Sequence record: SRR31156797_7389
Length of the DNA: 50,381 bases
Reading direction: 5' to 3' (one strand)
The position numbers and the translations under genes are program-made. Shown here piece by piece: positions 19,053-30,062 of the stretch (its first letter is position 1; each line of letters begins with the position of its first letter). The notes under the pieces are model-generated. The model made no database searches, was not told the DNA's origin, and worked only from the letters and a program-made list of their open reading frames with translations.

Positions 19053-19076
19053 AAACCACTCCTAGGTGGATGGTTT
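19053..19076 (+). terminator. Putative intrinsic terminator
   Basis: AAACCA...TGGTTT hairpin followed by T-rich sequence, just after the 18736-19044 ORF. Confidence 0.45.
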
Positions 19077-19201
19077 TGCATTTTGGTAGGAAAAGGGGGT
19101 TCGACAGAAGCAGACACTGCCAAAAAGGAAAAGCACATACATAAAGAACTTAGATATCATCCCCTTACTGACATTTTGCAAATCCCTGGATGCACTAAAA
19201 G

Positions 19202-19240
19202 CAAACCAGCCGCTGCACAAAATGTGCTGCGGCGGGTTTG
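19202..19240 (-). terminator. Putative terminator of comEA
   Basis: CAAACCAGCCGCTGCAC-AAAAT-GTGCTGCGGCGGGTTTG imperfect inverted repeat. Confidence 0.6.
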
Positions 19241-19255
19241 TACAATACACCTTAT

Positions 19256-19591
19256 TTAAAGCGACAAAAAAGGCTTAATCTGTTCAAGCAGTGCCGCATC
19301 AATGCCATCCACATTTACCAGATCAGCAAGACTCGTAAAAGCTCCGTGGGCCTCCCGATAGGTTGCAATGGCCTGACCTACCTTATCTCCAATACCTGGA
19401 ATACTTGCCAGAGCATCAATACTGGCCGTATTAACATTCAGTTTCTCTGCTACTGCAGCAGCTTGACCTGCCATCTCTGTCATCGATCCGGTGGTTTTGG
19501 TAAGGTCTGTTGCTAATATGGTTGCTGGTGCGGCCAGTAAACATATACTAAGAATGCCAGCTCCAATCTTTTTACTTTTTGTAATCTGCAT
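19256..19591 (-). CDS. comEA: ComEA-family helix-hairpin-helix DNA-binding protein
   Basis: Signal peptide; LNVNTAS..LASIPGIG...AIA.YRE.HG.F.S..DL..V.GI; RBS AAGGAG. Confidence 0.9.
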   Translation of the reverse strand: MQITKSKKIGAGILSICLLAAPATILATDLTKTTGSMTEMAGQAAAVAEKLNVNTASIDALASIPGIGDKVGQAIATYREAHGAFTSLADLVNVDGIDAALLEQIKPFLSL

Positions 19592-19711
19592 CAGGATGCT
19601 CCTTTTGTTAATTTAGCATTAAAAATAAGTACTTCCATGGTACACAACTAATGTTTACACTAATAAATAACAAGTAAAAATTTGGTAAAGAAGCTAACCA
19701 CACTCCTCGGC

Positions 19712-19740
19712 TTGACCAAGCATGTCAAATTGACTACAAT
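19712..19740 (+). promoter_or_regulatory. Sigma70 promoter with a palindrome overlapping the -35 element
   Basis: TTGACC-N17-TACAAT; TTGAC-N7-GTCAA at 19712-19728. Confidence 0.65.
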
Positions 19741-19815
19741 TAAATGATCTGTGTAATCATACACGCTGGTGAGCTGTTACCCACTATATCGATCACCTTT
19801 CCCACGAGAGAAACT

Positions 19816-20037
19816 ATGGAAGATTTGATGTTAAACATGGAAAAACTGCAAAAAGAAGTAAACAGGGCAATTAAGGAGCTTGCTGCCTCAAAAAACCTGG
19901 AAGAACGCATCAAACTGAGTGAGCTGATTAAAAACCTCTCAGACGCAACAGGAGTCTATTTCAACTTTGCCTCGGAAATGATGATGCATGACATGGAACT
20001 GGGTGACGATGAATTTGATGATGAAAGACCCTTCTAA
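19816..20037 (+). CDS. Small hypothetical protein (helical, acidic C-terminus)
   Basis: Lies after the sigma70 promoter and 23 nt before the next gene, with protein-like composition. Start is 19816 or 19828. Confidence 0.65.
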   Translation: MEDLMLNMEKLQKEVNRAIKELAASKNLEERIKLSELIKNLSDATGVYFNFASEMMMHDMELGDDEFDDERPF

Positions 20038-20060
20038 ACAACTTCAACATTACAAATACC

Positions 20061-20768
20061 ATGCCAGTAGTCCTTCCTGTATTAAATGGCGATGATTATA
20101 CTGTCAATCCAAGCAAGATAATCGCTCTTGGACTCAATTATATTGAGCATATCAAGGAGAGCCAATCCGTTGATGTCCAGAATTTCACTGACGAAATCCC
20201 CAGCGAACCGGTGCTCTTTCCCAAGACACCAAATGTGCTGATTGGCCCGGATCAGCACATTATTCTACCACAATTTGTGAATACCTGCGGCTTTGAGCAA
20301 GTACGAACTGATTATGAGGCTGAACTAGCCCTGATCATTAAGGACAGAGTTAAAAATCTGGACCAGACTGAGGCCATGGAACACATTTTCGGCTTCACCT
20401 GCTTTAATGACATCAGCCAGCGCAACCTGCAAAAAAGTGACAAGGCGGGATGGTTTCGCGGCAAATCGCTGGATACGTTCGGCCCCATTGGGCCGATTAT
20501 TGTCCCGCCCCAAGAACTGGGAGATCCAAACAATTTGGAGATAACCTGCCGCCTCAATGACCGGGTAGTGCAGCACTAAAACACCCGCCACATGCTGTTC
20601 AAAATCCCGGAAATTGTCGCCTACGTTTCCCTAAACTTTACCCTGGAACCAGGTGACATAATTATAACCGGCACTCCGAGCGGAGTAGGTCCACTGCAAG
20701 ACGGGGATGTGGTGGAGGTGGAGATAGAAAAAATCGGGACTTTGTGCAACCCGGTAAAGGCAGAGTAG
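20061..20768 (+). pseudogene. Fumarylacetoacetate-hydrolase family gene with an in-frame TAA
   Basis: KIIALGLNY.EH, DYEAEL, NDISQR and KSLDTFGPIGP precede the stop at 20577-20579. The same frame continues [42 protein letters not shown] to TAG at 20768. Confidence 0.88.
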
Positions 20769-20815
20769 CAGCTAACTGACCAGCACCCCCGCCGCGGTTA
20801 TGACCCTGATACAAA

Positions 20816-20854
20816 AGGCCTCTGACACATTGGCATCCAATGCGTCAGAGGCCT
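20816..20854. terminator. Hairpin terminator between convergent genes
   Basis: AGGCCTCTGACACATTGG-CAT-CCAATGCGTCAGAGGCCT near-perfect inverted repeat; T-run follows on the minus (ilvD) strand. Confidence 0.75.
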
Positions 20855-20891
20855 GAAAAAGGCACCCTATATAAAAGAATAGAAACGACTT

Positions 20892-22721
20892 CTATTCTGG
20901 TAAGATTCGAACAGCTCCTCTATCTGCAGAAGCCGCAAAGTGTGCATAAAGCTTGAGGGCCGTGGAAACGGTTCTGTCCCTATCCGGAGTATATGCGCAT
21001 TCCCCGTTACTTTCTTCAGCCTGTTTCCGTGCATTGAGCTCGTCTTCGCTGACAAGCAGGTTAATGGAACGCTCTGGTATATTAATGTCCACAGGATCAC
21101 CATCACGCACAAGGGCAATGGCCCCGCCACTCGCCGCTTCAGGCGATACATGGCCGATGGACAACCCGGAGGTACCTCCTGAAAATCGACCGTCCGTTAC
21201 CAGCGCGCAGGCCGCGCCCAGGTGCTGAGACTTCAGGTAAGAGGTTGGGTACAGCATTTCCTGCATCCCCGGTCCGCCCTTGGGTCCTTCGTACAGGATA
21301 AAAACCACATCCCCTGCACTGATAGCACCGTCAAGTATTCCCTCACAAGCTGCGTCCTGGGAATGAAAAACGCGGGCCGTCCCTTTGAAATGAAGGATAG
21401 ACGGATCCACTCCAGCAGTTTTTACGATACAGCCATCTACGGCAATATTCCCATACAGTACTGCCAAGCCTCCATCTTTAGAATAGGCATGCTCCATATC
21501 GCGGATACACCCATTTTTTCGATCAGTGTCAAGACTTGGATATGTGGCATCCTGTGAAGCCATGACCAGATTACGCTTTCCTCCCGGTGCACTGAAATAG
21601 AGCTGCTTCGCCTCTTCTGTCACTGTCGGCCGCATAATATCATACTGGTCTAAAGCTTCCTGCAAAGTCAAACCATCGGCACGATATACACTTGTGTCCA
21701 GTAGACCGCCGCGGTCCAACTCACCTAGGATAGCCAGTATTCCGCCTGCCCGATTGACATCTTCTACATGGTAATTTGAGCTCGGTGCAACCTTGGAAAG
21801 ATTGGGAACGCACTTCGACAGCTCATTCATATCAGCCATTGTGTAATCCACGCCTGCTTCGTGAGCAATGGCAAGGAGATGAAGAACGGTATTGGTCGAA
21901 CCGCCCATGGCAATATCTAGAGACATGGCGTTATCAAACGCTGCTTTAGTAGCAATGGAACGGGGAAGCACAGAATCGTCTTCTTCCTGATACCAGGCAT
22001 CGCACATGGCAACAATACGCTGGGCAGCCTGCTCAAAAAGGCGCATTCGTGCCGCATGGGTTGCAACAACCGTCCCGTTTCCAGGAAGTGCAAGCCCCAG
22101 GGCCTCATTGAGGCAGTTCATGGAATTGGCAGTAAACATACCAGAGCAGGAACCGCAGGTGGGGCAGGCAGAACGTTCTACAATTTCAACCTCTTCGTCA
22201 CTGACAGTGTCATCAGCGCCCATGACCATGGCGTCTACCAGATCGAGGGCCTTGCCAGCAGCTTTTCCCGCTTCCATTGGGCCACCGGAGACAAAGACAG
22301 CAGGGATATTCAGTCGCATTGCTGCCATGAGCATCCCAGGGGTAATCTTATCGCAATTGGAGATGCATACCATCGCATCCACCTTATGGGCATTGCACAT
22401 ATATTCCACGGAATCAGCAATAAGTTCCCTGGACGGTAATGAGTAGAGCATTCCGTCATGCCCCATGGCAATACCATCGTCGATGGCAATGGTATCAAAC
22501 TCTGCGGCAAAGTATCCCTGACTCTCGATCATGGCTTTTACCTGTTGCCCAATTTCGTGGAGATGCACATGACCGGGAACAAACTGGGTAAAGGAGTTGA
22601 CGATAGCAATTATTGGCTTGCCTATCTGTTCTTCCTTCATGCCGTTGGCCCGCCAAAGGGCTCTGGCGCCAGCCATTCTTCGCCCGCTCGTTGTCTCTGC
22701 ACTTCTTAATGGAATTGCCAT
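20892..22721 (-). CDS. ilvD: Dihydroxy-acid dehydratase
   Basis: [66 protein letters not shown]. Confidence 0.98.
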   Translation of the reverse strand: MAIPLRSAETTSGRRMAGARALWRANGMKEEQIGKPIIAIVNSFTQFVPGHVHLHEIGQQVKAMIESQGYFAAEFDTIAIDDGIAMGHDGMLYSLPSRELIADSVEYMCNAHKVDAMVCISNCDKITPGMLMAAMRLNIPAVFVSGGPMEAGKAAGKALDLVDAMVMGADDTVSDEEVEIVERSACPTCGSCSGMFTANSMNCLNEALGLALPGNGTVVATHAARMRLFEQAAQRIVAMCDAWYQEEDDSVLPRSIATKAAFDNAMSLDIAMGGSTNTVLHLLAIAHEAGVDYTMADMNELSKCVPNLSKVAPSSNYHVEDVNRAGGILAILGELDRGGLLDTSVYRADGLTLQEALDQYDIMRPTVTEEAKQLYFSAPGGKRNLVMASQDATYPSLDTDRKNGCIRDMEHAYSKDGGLAVLYGNIAVDGCIVKTAGVDPSILHFKGTARVFHSQDAACEGILDGAISAGDVVFILYEGPKGGPGMQEMLYPTSYLKSQHLGAACALVTDGRFSGGTSGLSIGHVSPEAASGGAIALVRDGDPVDINIPERSINLLVSEDELNARKQAEESNGECAYTPDRDRTVSTALKLYAHFAASADRGAVRILPE

Positions 22722-22994
22722 GCTCTCTTCTCCCTTAAAACTAAATTTTACACTACATATGTTTACAGCAGCTTACCTGCTGGCGGCAAATCCGTACGAC
22801 CATAGGTACAGTCCCCAGCAACAGCTGCAAATTTTGTTTTTCCCACACTTTCCTGGAAAGATCCCAGGCATAATACATTAAAAAAGTAACCTGTTGTACC
22901 GGCTCGTTTTTTTATTTTTTCCTTGTATTTTACTGTTAGTCCGCGATAGTACCTTATTAGAGACCTTTGTCAATTCTATACTGGTAGATACAAT

Positions 22995-24173
22995 ATGAAG
23001 CAGCAGGAGATTAATTACTGGATAACCTCTATGCTCAACAAGCATGAGCGGGTGTCTGACCTTAACATTACCGTTGGCAAAACCCTGCAGGTTGAAAGTG
23101 ACGGCGCTCTGGTTTCGGTGGATGTTCAGCCACCGGTCACTGAACTGACCCCTTTTCAATCAGAGGTGTTTGCTTTAAATCTCATTGGCGGTAACAAACG
23201 ATTGCTGAGAGACCTGGTTACTAAAGGGTCATGTGACCTTTCTTATTCGCTGGATGATAAAGTCCGCTTCAGGGTAAATATATTCTCCCAGCGCGGCTAT
23301 TATTCAACGGTTCTCCGAAAACTGGAAACTACCATCCCAACCATCAAAGGGTTTCAATTCCCCGATGCCTTTTCCAAAATGTCGAAGGAGGTAAATGGGC
23401 TGATCCTTTTTACCGGAGCCACAGGAACAGGGAAGACCACCTCCATGGCTGCCATTCTCAACCGCATCAACGAAACCCGTCCGGTTCACATCGTGACCCT
23501 GGAAGACCCTATTGAATACGTTCATCCCCACAAAATGGCCACCTTTAACCAGCGTGAGCAGGGGGATGATTTCGACTCTTTTGCAAGCGGCCTGCGAGCG
23601 GCTCTTCGCCAAGCTCCGAAGGTAATTCTAGTTGGTGAAATCAGGGACCGGGAAACCCTGGAGATAGCCCTCACAGCGGCAGAGACAGGCCACGTTGTTT
23701 TCTCCACCCTCCATACGATTGATACAGGCCAAACTATCAATCGTATTCTGGGTATGTTTGAACAAAATGAACAACCCCAGGTCCGTAATCGACTGGCCGA
23801 CACTATCCGCTGGGTAGTGAGCCAGCGCCTGCTACCCCGTATTGGCGGGGGCCGTATCGCTGCCCTGGAAGTTCTCTGTACCAGCCTGCGAATCAAAGAC
23901 TTGATCATCAATGGCGAGACAGAAGAAAAAACCTTTTATAATATAGTCAAAGAGGGCTCGACCAGGGACATGCGCACCTTTGACCAGCATTTGCTGGAAC
24001 TGTTTGAAACTGGTTTGATAACCGAAGAGTCTGCTCTCTCCTACTCGTCCCATAGAAGTGAAATCAAACGGGGCATGGATACCCTCAAGGCTGCTCGCGG
24101 TGAACGGACCTCAAGCATCAGCGGATTGCACATGGAAGAGGAAGAGAAGGACCAGTTTGACAATTGGTCATAA
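22995..24173 (+). CDS. PilT/PilU family type IV pilus retraction ATPase
   Basis: GATGTGKTT, TLEDPIEY, LRAALRQAP.VILVGEIRD.ET, AETGH.VFSTLHT, SQRL. Confidence 0.93.
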   Translation: MKQQEINYWITSMLNKHERVSDLNITVGKTLQVESDGALVSVDVQPPVTELTPFQSEVFALNLIGGNKRLLRDLVTKGSCDLSYSLDDKVRFRVNIFSQRGYYSTVLRKLETTIPTIKGFQFPDAFSKMSKEVNGLILFTGATGTGKTTSMAAILNRINETRPVHIVTLEDPIEYVHPHKMATFNQREQGDDFDSFASGLRAALRQAPKVILVGEIRDRETLEIALTAAETGHVVFSTLHTIDTGQTINRILGMFEQNEQPQVRNRLADTIRWVVSQRLLPRIGGGRIAALEVLCTSLRIKDLIINGETEEKTFYNIVKEGSTRDMRTFDQHLLELFETGLITEESALSYSSHRSEIKRGMDTLKAARGERTSSISGLHMEEEEKDQFDNWS

Positions 24174-24210
24174 GACAATCAGACGATATGCATAACTCTT
24201 GGATCTACAG

Positions 24211-24891
24211 ATGATGAATCAATGCCCCCATTGTCAGGGAAACATACGTTTTAACTCAGACCAGCAAGGCAAACTGGAACAGGCCTTGGCAAACCTGGAG
24301 CAGGGAAAGTTACTCACACTTAAATGTCCACACTGTCAAAAGTCGATCAAAATTGACAAAGACGGACAATCGACCTCACCTGGCAACGGGGTCCAGCCAC
24401 CTGGCCCGCCAAATCTGGACTGGCTTACCAGCGGTGTTGTTCAGGGCGAAGAAAAAGTAGAAGATGTACCCATGGCGCTGGTTCTGTATCAACCGTCAGC
24501 TTTTTGTGACACTATCTGCAGTGCAGTGGAGTCTGTGGGATATCAGGTTGTTCGCGCTCAAACGTCTCAGGAAGCCATTGAAAGGATGCGTTTTGTAAAT
24601 TTTGCCTGTGTCGTGTACCAGGCTGATCTTGAAGGATCCCTTGAGCAATCACCTTTTCATAGGTACCTTAGCAAGATGTCAATGGAACGGCGGCGTTACA
24701 TCTTTTATATCCTCGTTGGCCCTAATTTTCATACCCTATATAACTTGGAGGCAATGGCACATAGCGCGAACTTGACCGTTAATCTCAACGACATCAAATA
24801 TATGGATGTTATTCTTCACAAAACCATTCCCGATTACGAAGAGCTGTTCGGACCGATGATGGAAGAACTTGGAGCCTACGGTAAACGATAA
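24211..24891 (+). CDS. Zinc-ribbon plus receiver-like domain protein
   Basis: CPHC...CPHC pair, Pro-rich linker, then a flavodoxin-like alpha/beta region (ALVL...GYQV..A....EAIERMR). Start may be TTG at 24199. Confidence 0.7.
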   Translation: MMNQCPHCQGNIRFNSDQQGKLEQALANLEQGKLLTLKCPHCQKSIKIDKDGQSTSPGNGVQPPGPPNLDWLTSGVVQGEEKVEDVPMALVLYQPSAFCDTICSAVESVGYQVVRAQTSQEAIERMRFVNFACVVYQADLEGSLEQSPFHRYLSKMSMERRRYIFYILVGPNFHTLYNLEAMAHSANLTVNLNDIKYMDVILHKTIPDYEELFGPMMEELGAYGKR

Positions 24892-25201
24892 AAAAACAAT
24901 AAACCCGCAGCCCTTTCTGTTGACCTCACAAACAGAACCAAGGATAGAGCCCCTTGCTTATCGTAATAGTAGAGCCAAGGAAGGGACTCTATGCAATCAA
25001 TTTCCCAGCTTACCACCTGCGCCCCTATAAAAAGCAAGAAAAATACAGTTTTTCAACAAGAAACAGTTGTTTTTCAAGAGCAACTCTGTTATTTATGCCC
25101 GTTCGGAGTAGTGGATATAATAACCCTCATCCCTATAAACTCTTTTAACCATTAACCTATTAAACGGCCGTTCACACTGGTCAAAACAGGAACAACAACC
25201 C

Positions 25202-26938
25202 ATGACTGACAACCGAACTCAACCCGCATCAGCGGCAGATGACAATAGCTTCGAAGAAATGAGCTTTGCCGAGCTCTTCGAGCAGGAAGAAAACAACACC
25301 GTTATAAATGTTGGCGAAGTCGCCATTGGGGCGGTCGTTGATATTAACAGCGATGCAGTTTTAATCGATGTCGGAGACAAAGCTGAAAGCTATATTTCTT
25401 TATCTGAATTTCGTCACGAAGACCCAGACAGGGTTATCAATATCGGTGACGAATTTGAGGTATTTATCGAAAAGAGAAAAGAGGAAGGTGGACTTCTTCT
25501 CTCTCGAGAAAAGGCCATTGCCATTAAGGTCTGGGAAAAGATTGCGCAAATCCAAGAAGACGACGGAACTATTGAAGGTCGGATTGACAACCGGGTCAAG
25601 GGCGGGATGTCCGTTGACATCGGCGTTCCAGCCTTCCTGCCATACTCTCAAATTGACCTGCGCCCTGTAAAAGACCTTGATGCTCTGATCGGTCAGACTT
25701 TTGAGTTCAAAATTCTGAAATTCAACCGCAAACGCAACAATGTGGTAATCTCCAGACGCGCAATCCTTGAGGAGCAGCGTGCTGCAATGCGTGAGCAGAT
25801 GCGCACCACCCTTGAAGAAGGTCAGACTATCCGTGGCGCGATTACCAACATCACCGACTATGGTCTGTTCATCGACCTTGGCGGCATGGACGGCCTTTGT
25901 CATATTACAGATCTCTCTTGGGGTCGTGTTTCTCACCCATCCAAGCTGTACACAGTGGGTGAAGAAATTGAAGTTAAGATCCTCAAGTATGACAAAAACT
26001 CCGATCGTGTATCACTCGGTGTCAAGCAGTTGAAATCAGATCCATGGGAAGAAGTACCAGAACAGTACCCAGCTGGTGCTCAGGTCACAGGTAAAGTTGT
26101 TTCCATTACAGATTACGGTGTGTTCGTCGAATTGGAAGAGGGTGTAGAAGGGCTTGTCCATATCTCTGAAATGAGTTGGTCTAAAAAGCCTCGTCATCCA
26201 TCCAAAGTTGTGGCGGTTGGAGATGAAATTGACGTTCAGGTTCTCAATGTTGAAGCCGAAACAAAGCGAATTTCACTGGGTATGAAACAGCTGCAACCTA
26301 ACCCATGGGACGTGGTTGAAGAAAGCTATCCTGTTGGCGCAGTTATAGAAGGCAAGATTAAGAACATCACTGATTTCGGTATCTTTATTGGTATTGAAGA
26401 AGGCATTGACGGCCTCATTCACGTATCAGATCTTTCCTGGACTGAGCGCATCAAGCATCCGTCTGAAAAATATGCTAAAGGCGAGACCATTCAGGCGGTT
26501 GTCCTGAAGATCGACAAGGAAAACGAAAGGTTCTCCCTTGGCGTAAAACAGCTTGAGCCCGATCCATGGCAAGCTGCAGCCAATAACTACCCCATTGGCT
26601 CCACCGTGGAAGGAACCATCACCAATGTGACTGATTTCGGCGTTTTTGTTCAGTTGGAAGAAGGCATTGAAGGCTTGGTACATGTCTCTGAGATATCAAG
26701 AGACAAGGTAAAAACACCGGTTGGCATGTTTACCGTTGCCGATACTCTCCAAGCCATGGTGATCAACGTATCTGCTGATGACCGTAAGATTGGTCTTTCT
26801 GTAAAAGCGTTGGAAGAAAAAGATGATAATGATGGTGAAGTTCCTGAGGAGTACGCTCAGAAACAAACTGCAGGACCATCAACTTTTGGAGACCTTTTGA
26901 TTGCCGCTGCGGGTGAGGACGACGAAACCAAGTCCTGA
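25202..26938 (+). CDS. rpsA: 30S ribosomal protein S1
   Basis: Six S1 repeats (NITDYGLFIDLGG.DGL.HITDLSW, ITDYGVFVELEEGVEGLVHISEMSW and others). Confidence 0.98.
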   Translation: MTDNRTQPASAADDNSFEEMSFAELFEQEENNTVINVGEVAIGAVVDINSDAVLIDVGDKAESYISLSEFRHEDPDRVINIGDEFEVFIEKRKEEGGLLLSREKAIAIKVWEKIAQIQEDDGTIEGRIDNRVKGGMSVDIGVPAFLPYSQIDLRPVKDLDALIGQTFEFKILKFNRKRNNVVISRRAILEEQRAAMREQMRTTLEEGQTIRGAITNITDYGLFIDLGGMDGLCHITDLSWGRVSHPSKLYTVGEEIEVKILKYDKNSDRVSLGVKQLKSDPWEEVPEQYPAGAQVTGKVVSITDYGVFVELEEGVEGLVHISEMSWSKKPRHPSKVVAVGDEIDVQVLNVEAETKRISLGMKQLQPNPWDVVEESYPVGAVIEGKIKNITDFGIFIGIEEGIDGLIHVSDLSWTERIKHPSEKYAKGETIQAVVLKIDKENERFSLGVKQLEPDPWQAAANNYPIGSTVEGTITNVTDFGVFVQLEEGIEGLVHVSEISRDKVKTPVGMFTVADTLQAMVINVSADDRKIGLSVKALEEKDDNDGEVPEEYAQKQTAGPSTFGDLLIAAAGEDDETKS

Positions 26939-27086
26939 TAGACAACGGAAAATCTGGTAGCAATAGGATGTTTTGGTATCGCTGAAAAACGATATTGAAA
27001 CATCCTTTTCTATTATACCGCATAGGCAGAATTCGTTGCCCCCAAACCCGACAATGCGGAAGAAGATATTAAAAGGATAAATTATC

Positions 27087-27371
27087 ATGCTTAAGCGTGA
27101 ACTGGTCAACGCGGTGTCAGCACAACTTGGTGATTATTACAAACAAGATATCGCCCAGGCAGTTGAAATTATACTTGAAGAGATAGCTCAAGCGCTTGCC
27201 GAAGAAAGAAGAGTCGAAATTCGCGGTTTTGGCAGTTTTTCAGTCCGAACACGAAAGCCCCGGACAACCAAAAATCCAAAAACCGGCAAAATGATGGATA
27301 TACCAGCTCGTAAAACCCTTCACTTTACGATGAGTAAATCATTGAAGGAGGTTTTAATAAAGGCTGAGTAA
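27087..27371 (+). CDS. ihfB: Integration host factor beta subunit (HU/IHF family)
   Basis: RVEIRGFGSFSVR...NPKTG; conserved position after rpsA. Confidence 0.88.
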   Translation: MLKRELVNAVSAQLGDYYKQDIAQAVEIILEEIAQALAEERRVEIRGFGSFSVRTRKPRTTKNPKTGKMMDIPARKTLHFTMSKSLKEVLIKAE

Positions 27372-27388
27372 CTGGTACTTTACAACAC

Positions 27389-27426
27389 AAAAAAAGCCGG
27401 TAACTGATATCAGATACCGGCTTTTT
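27389..27426. terminator. Bidirectional intrinsic terminator
   Basis: AAAAAAAGCCGGTA...TACCGGCTTTTT between convergent genes. Confidence 0.8.
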
Positions 27427-27468
27427 CTATTAGATGCTAACTGTGCCTCAGGTCTTCTGGAATAGTTT

Positions 27469-28101
27469 TTAAAGAAAAGGTTCTATCGCGCCTTTTCCTT
27501 CGCGTAGTATTTCAGGGAAATCTGAAACAAGGGAAATGACGCTGGATGGGTCAGGATAAACCTCACCTCCATCGATGATGAGATCCACCTGGTTACCAAA
27601 CTGTTGATCGGCATCATAGCCGTCAACAATTGTGGTCACTCCAGAGTCTTCATCTTCTGCTGTGGCACTGGTATTAAGGACAGGATTACCAAGTTCTTCC
27701 AACAGAGCCTGGCAAATGGGGTTGTCAGGAACCCTTATACCAACCGTCTTCTGTTTGGTTAACATTATCTTGGGCACCAATTTAGTGCCTGGCAGGACAA
27801 AGGTATAGGCTCCAGGTAAATTCTTTCGCATCAGGCGATAGGCAACATTACCGACATGCCCGTATTCACTGATATTGGTCAGTGACGAGCACATAAAGCT
27901 AAAAGGTTTATGTTTGGGTCGCCTTTTAATTTGATAGACCCGCTGAACAGCCTTTTTGTTGAAAATATCGCAGCCGATTCCATACATGGTATCGGTAGGG
28001 TAACAGATCACGCCCCCTTTTTTTAGCGTCTCCACCACCTGCGCGATGAGTCGCGCCTGCGGATTATATGGATTTATTTCAAGTATCCTGGCCATTGGCA
28101 A
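27469..28101 (-). CDS. Sua5/YciO/YrdC family protein (YciO-like)
   Basis: GGVICYPTDTMYGIGC, IKRR...KPFS, PGAYTFVL, TVGIRVP, TSA. Confidence 0.9.
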   Translation of the reverse strand: MPMARILEINPYNPQARLIAQVVETLKKGGVICYPTDTMYGIGCDIFNKKAVQRVYQIKRRPKHKPFSFMCSSLTNISEYGHVGNVAYRLMRKNLPGAYTFVLPGTKLVPKIMLTKQKTVGIRVPDNPICQALLEELGNPVLNTSATAEDEDSGVTTIVDGYDADQQFGNQVDLIIDGGEVYPDPSSVISLVSDFPEILREGKGAIEPFL

Positions 28102-28454
28102 ATCTGGATTGCTTTTTGTGAAAAGGGGTTAAAGGGGATCTAACAAGATATTCCCGTTGACGAACGGCTCAGAAGTAAAGCAGGTACAGAGTAAAAAATC
28201 CAGGAATTTTTTGATGTCCGCTTATTTCCTTTTAAACAAGAACATGCTACATTTTAAGCCCTACTTATATATCAATGCAGAGCTTCTAACTCAACACCAT
28301 TTTATACAGGCCTCTCAACACGAAGTACACATAGAGAACTGTTTTTCTTTCTACCTACAAAACATCCACACCTCCATACAAAAAAAAGGTTTGGATCGAT
28401 TACACTAAACCCAAAGCATCTGGCATTAACGACGCCACCGCATCAGGAGAGTTT

Positions 28455-29915
28455 ATGCTTAACAAAGATATCCCTCTAGCCCTTACCTTTGATGATGTAC
28501 TTCTGGTTCCAGGTCCGTCAGAGGTTCTTCCCTCTTTAGTATCATTAAAAACCCGTTTGACACAGTCCATAGATCTTTGTGCTCCTCTTGTCAGTGCGGC
28601 CATGGACAGTGTCACCGAACACAAAACAGCCATCGCCATGGCAAGGGAGGGGGGGCTTGGTATCATTCATAAAAATATGAGTGTCGAGAGCCAGGCAAAA
28701 GAAGTTGAACAGGTAAAGAAGTCTGAATCCGGCATGATTGTAGACCCCATTACCGTCGCCTCTAAGCAGAGCGTGGCTGAAGTACAGGCTATAATGAAAA
28801 CCTACAAGATTTCAGGTTTACCTGTACTTGATGGAAATAAGCTGGTCGGTATTGTCACCAACCGAGACTTACGTTTTGTCTCCGACGATGGGTTGCGGGT
28901 CAGTGATGTCATGACCAGTAAAAACTTAGTCACAGCCCCGGTTGGCATTCCGTTGGAACACTCCAAGGCCCTCCTCCACGAGCACCGGATTGAGAAACTA
29001 TTGGTAGTGGATGAAGCTGGAAGCCTAAAAGGTTTGATAACAATTAAGGACATAGAAAAAATAAAAAAATATCCTTATGCGGCCAAGGATGAAATGGGCA
29101 GACTCCTTGCTGGAGCTGCCATCGGAATTGGTCCGGAAATGCTAGAACGAACACAAGCATTAGTTGATGCCAATGTTGACGTGGTCACCCTTGATTCTGC
29201 ACACGGCCATTCCAAGAATGTTCTTAACGGTATCACTGAGATTAAAGCACATTTCCCCAACCTGCAGGTCATTGCAGGCAATGTAGCCACAGCCGAAGGT
29301 ACCGCAGCATTAATCAAAGCAGGTGCAGATAGCGTCAAAATTGGCGTTGGTCCAGGATCAATATGCACTACCCGTATCGTCGCCGGGGTCGGGGTTCCCC
29401 AATTGACAGCACTCAAAAACTGTGTTGCTGAGGCCAGTAAACATAACATTCCGGTCATTGCCGACGGCGGCATAAAGTATTCAGGTGATATCTGCAAAGC
29501 CATTGGTATAGGCGCCCACTCAGTTATGATTGGTTCACTTTTTGCTGGCACCGACGAAACCCCTGGAGAAACTTTTCTTTACCAGGGGCGAAAATACAAG
29601 GGCTATCGGGGTATGGGCTCCATTGGCGCAATGAAAAAAGGTTCAAGTGATCGTTATTTTCAAGAGCAGCAAGAGGGCAGTAAACTGGTACCAGAGGGCA
29701 TTGAAGGAAAAGTACCATATCGCGGCCCCATATCGGAAATGATCTACCAGCTCCTTGGAGGACTCCGCTCAGGAATGGGCTATACTGGTGCAGCGACCAT
29801 TGAAGAGTTGCATAAACGTGCCAGTTTTGTCCAGATATCAGCAGCTGGCCTCCGTGAATCCCATGTTCACGACGTTATCATTACCAAAGAAGCGCCCAAT
29901 TACCGAACAGAGTAA
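28455..29915 (+). CDS. guaB: IMP dehydrogenase
   Basis: [11 protein letters not shown] domain pair, [23 protein letters not shown]. Confidence 0.98.
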   Translation: MLNKDIPLALTFDDVLLVPGPSEVLPSLVSLKTRLTQSIDLCAPLVSAAMDSVTEHKTAIAMAREGGLGIIHKNMSVESQAKEVEQVKKSESGMIVDPITVASKQSVAEVQAIMKTYKISGLPVLDGNKLVGIVTNRDLRFVSDDGLRVSDVMTSKNLVTAPVGIPLEHSKALLHEHRIEKLLVVDEAGSLKGLITIKDIEKIKKYPYAAKDEMGRLLAGAAIGIGPEMLERTQALVDANVDVVTLDSAHGHSKNVLNGITEIKAHFPNLQVIAGNVATAEGTAALIKAGADSVKIGVGPGSICTTRIVAGVGVPQLTALKNCVAEASKHNIPVIADGGIKYSGDICKAIGIGAHSVMIGSLFAGTDETPGETFLYQGRKYKGYRGMGSIGAMKKGSSDRYFQEQQEGSKLVPEGIEGKVPYRGPISEMIYQLLGGLRSGMGYTGAATIEELHKRASFVQISAAGLRESHVHDVIITKEAPNYRTE

Positions 29916-30062
29916 GTACTACCCGGATTTCTCTTAAATATGGCGCCACATTGTTCAATTAAATAGCACCTCCTTAGGTTGAGCAAAGCCATGAGAAATC
30001 CGGTTCAATTGTCCCTGCAGGCCTAAAACTTACACTTATCAACCACTGACAATATAGACGAC

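Noticed and set aside
20577-20579. Selenocysteine or pyrrolysine recoding
   Set aside because: The stop is TAA, not TGA or TAG, and the position is not a catalytic Cys.
25202-26938. Repeated sequence blocks suggesting a repeat array
   Set aside because: They are the S1 domain repeats of RpsA, not a CRISPR or DNA repeat.
29916-30062. Purine or c-di-GMP riboswitch between guaB and guaA
   Set aside because: No purine aptamer core or GEMM motif could be matched.
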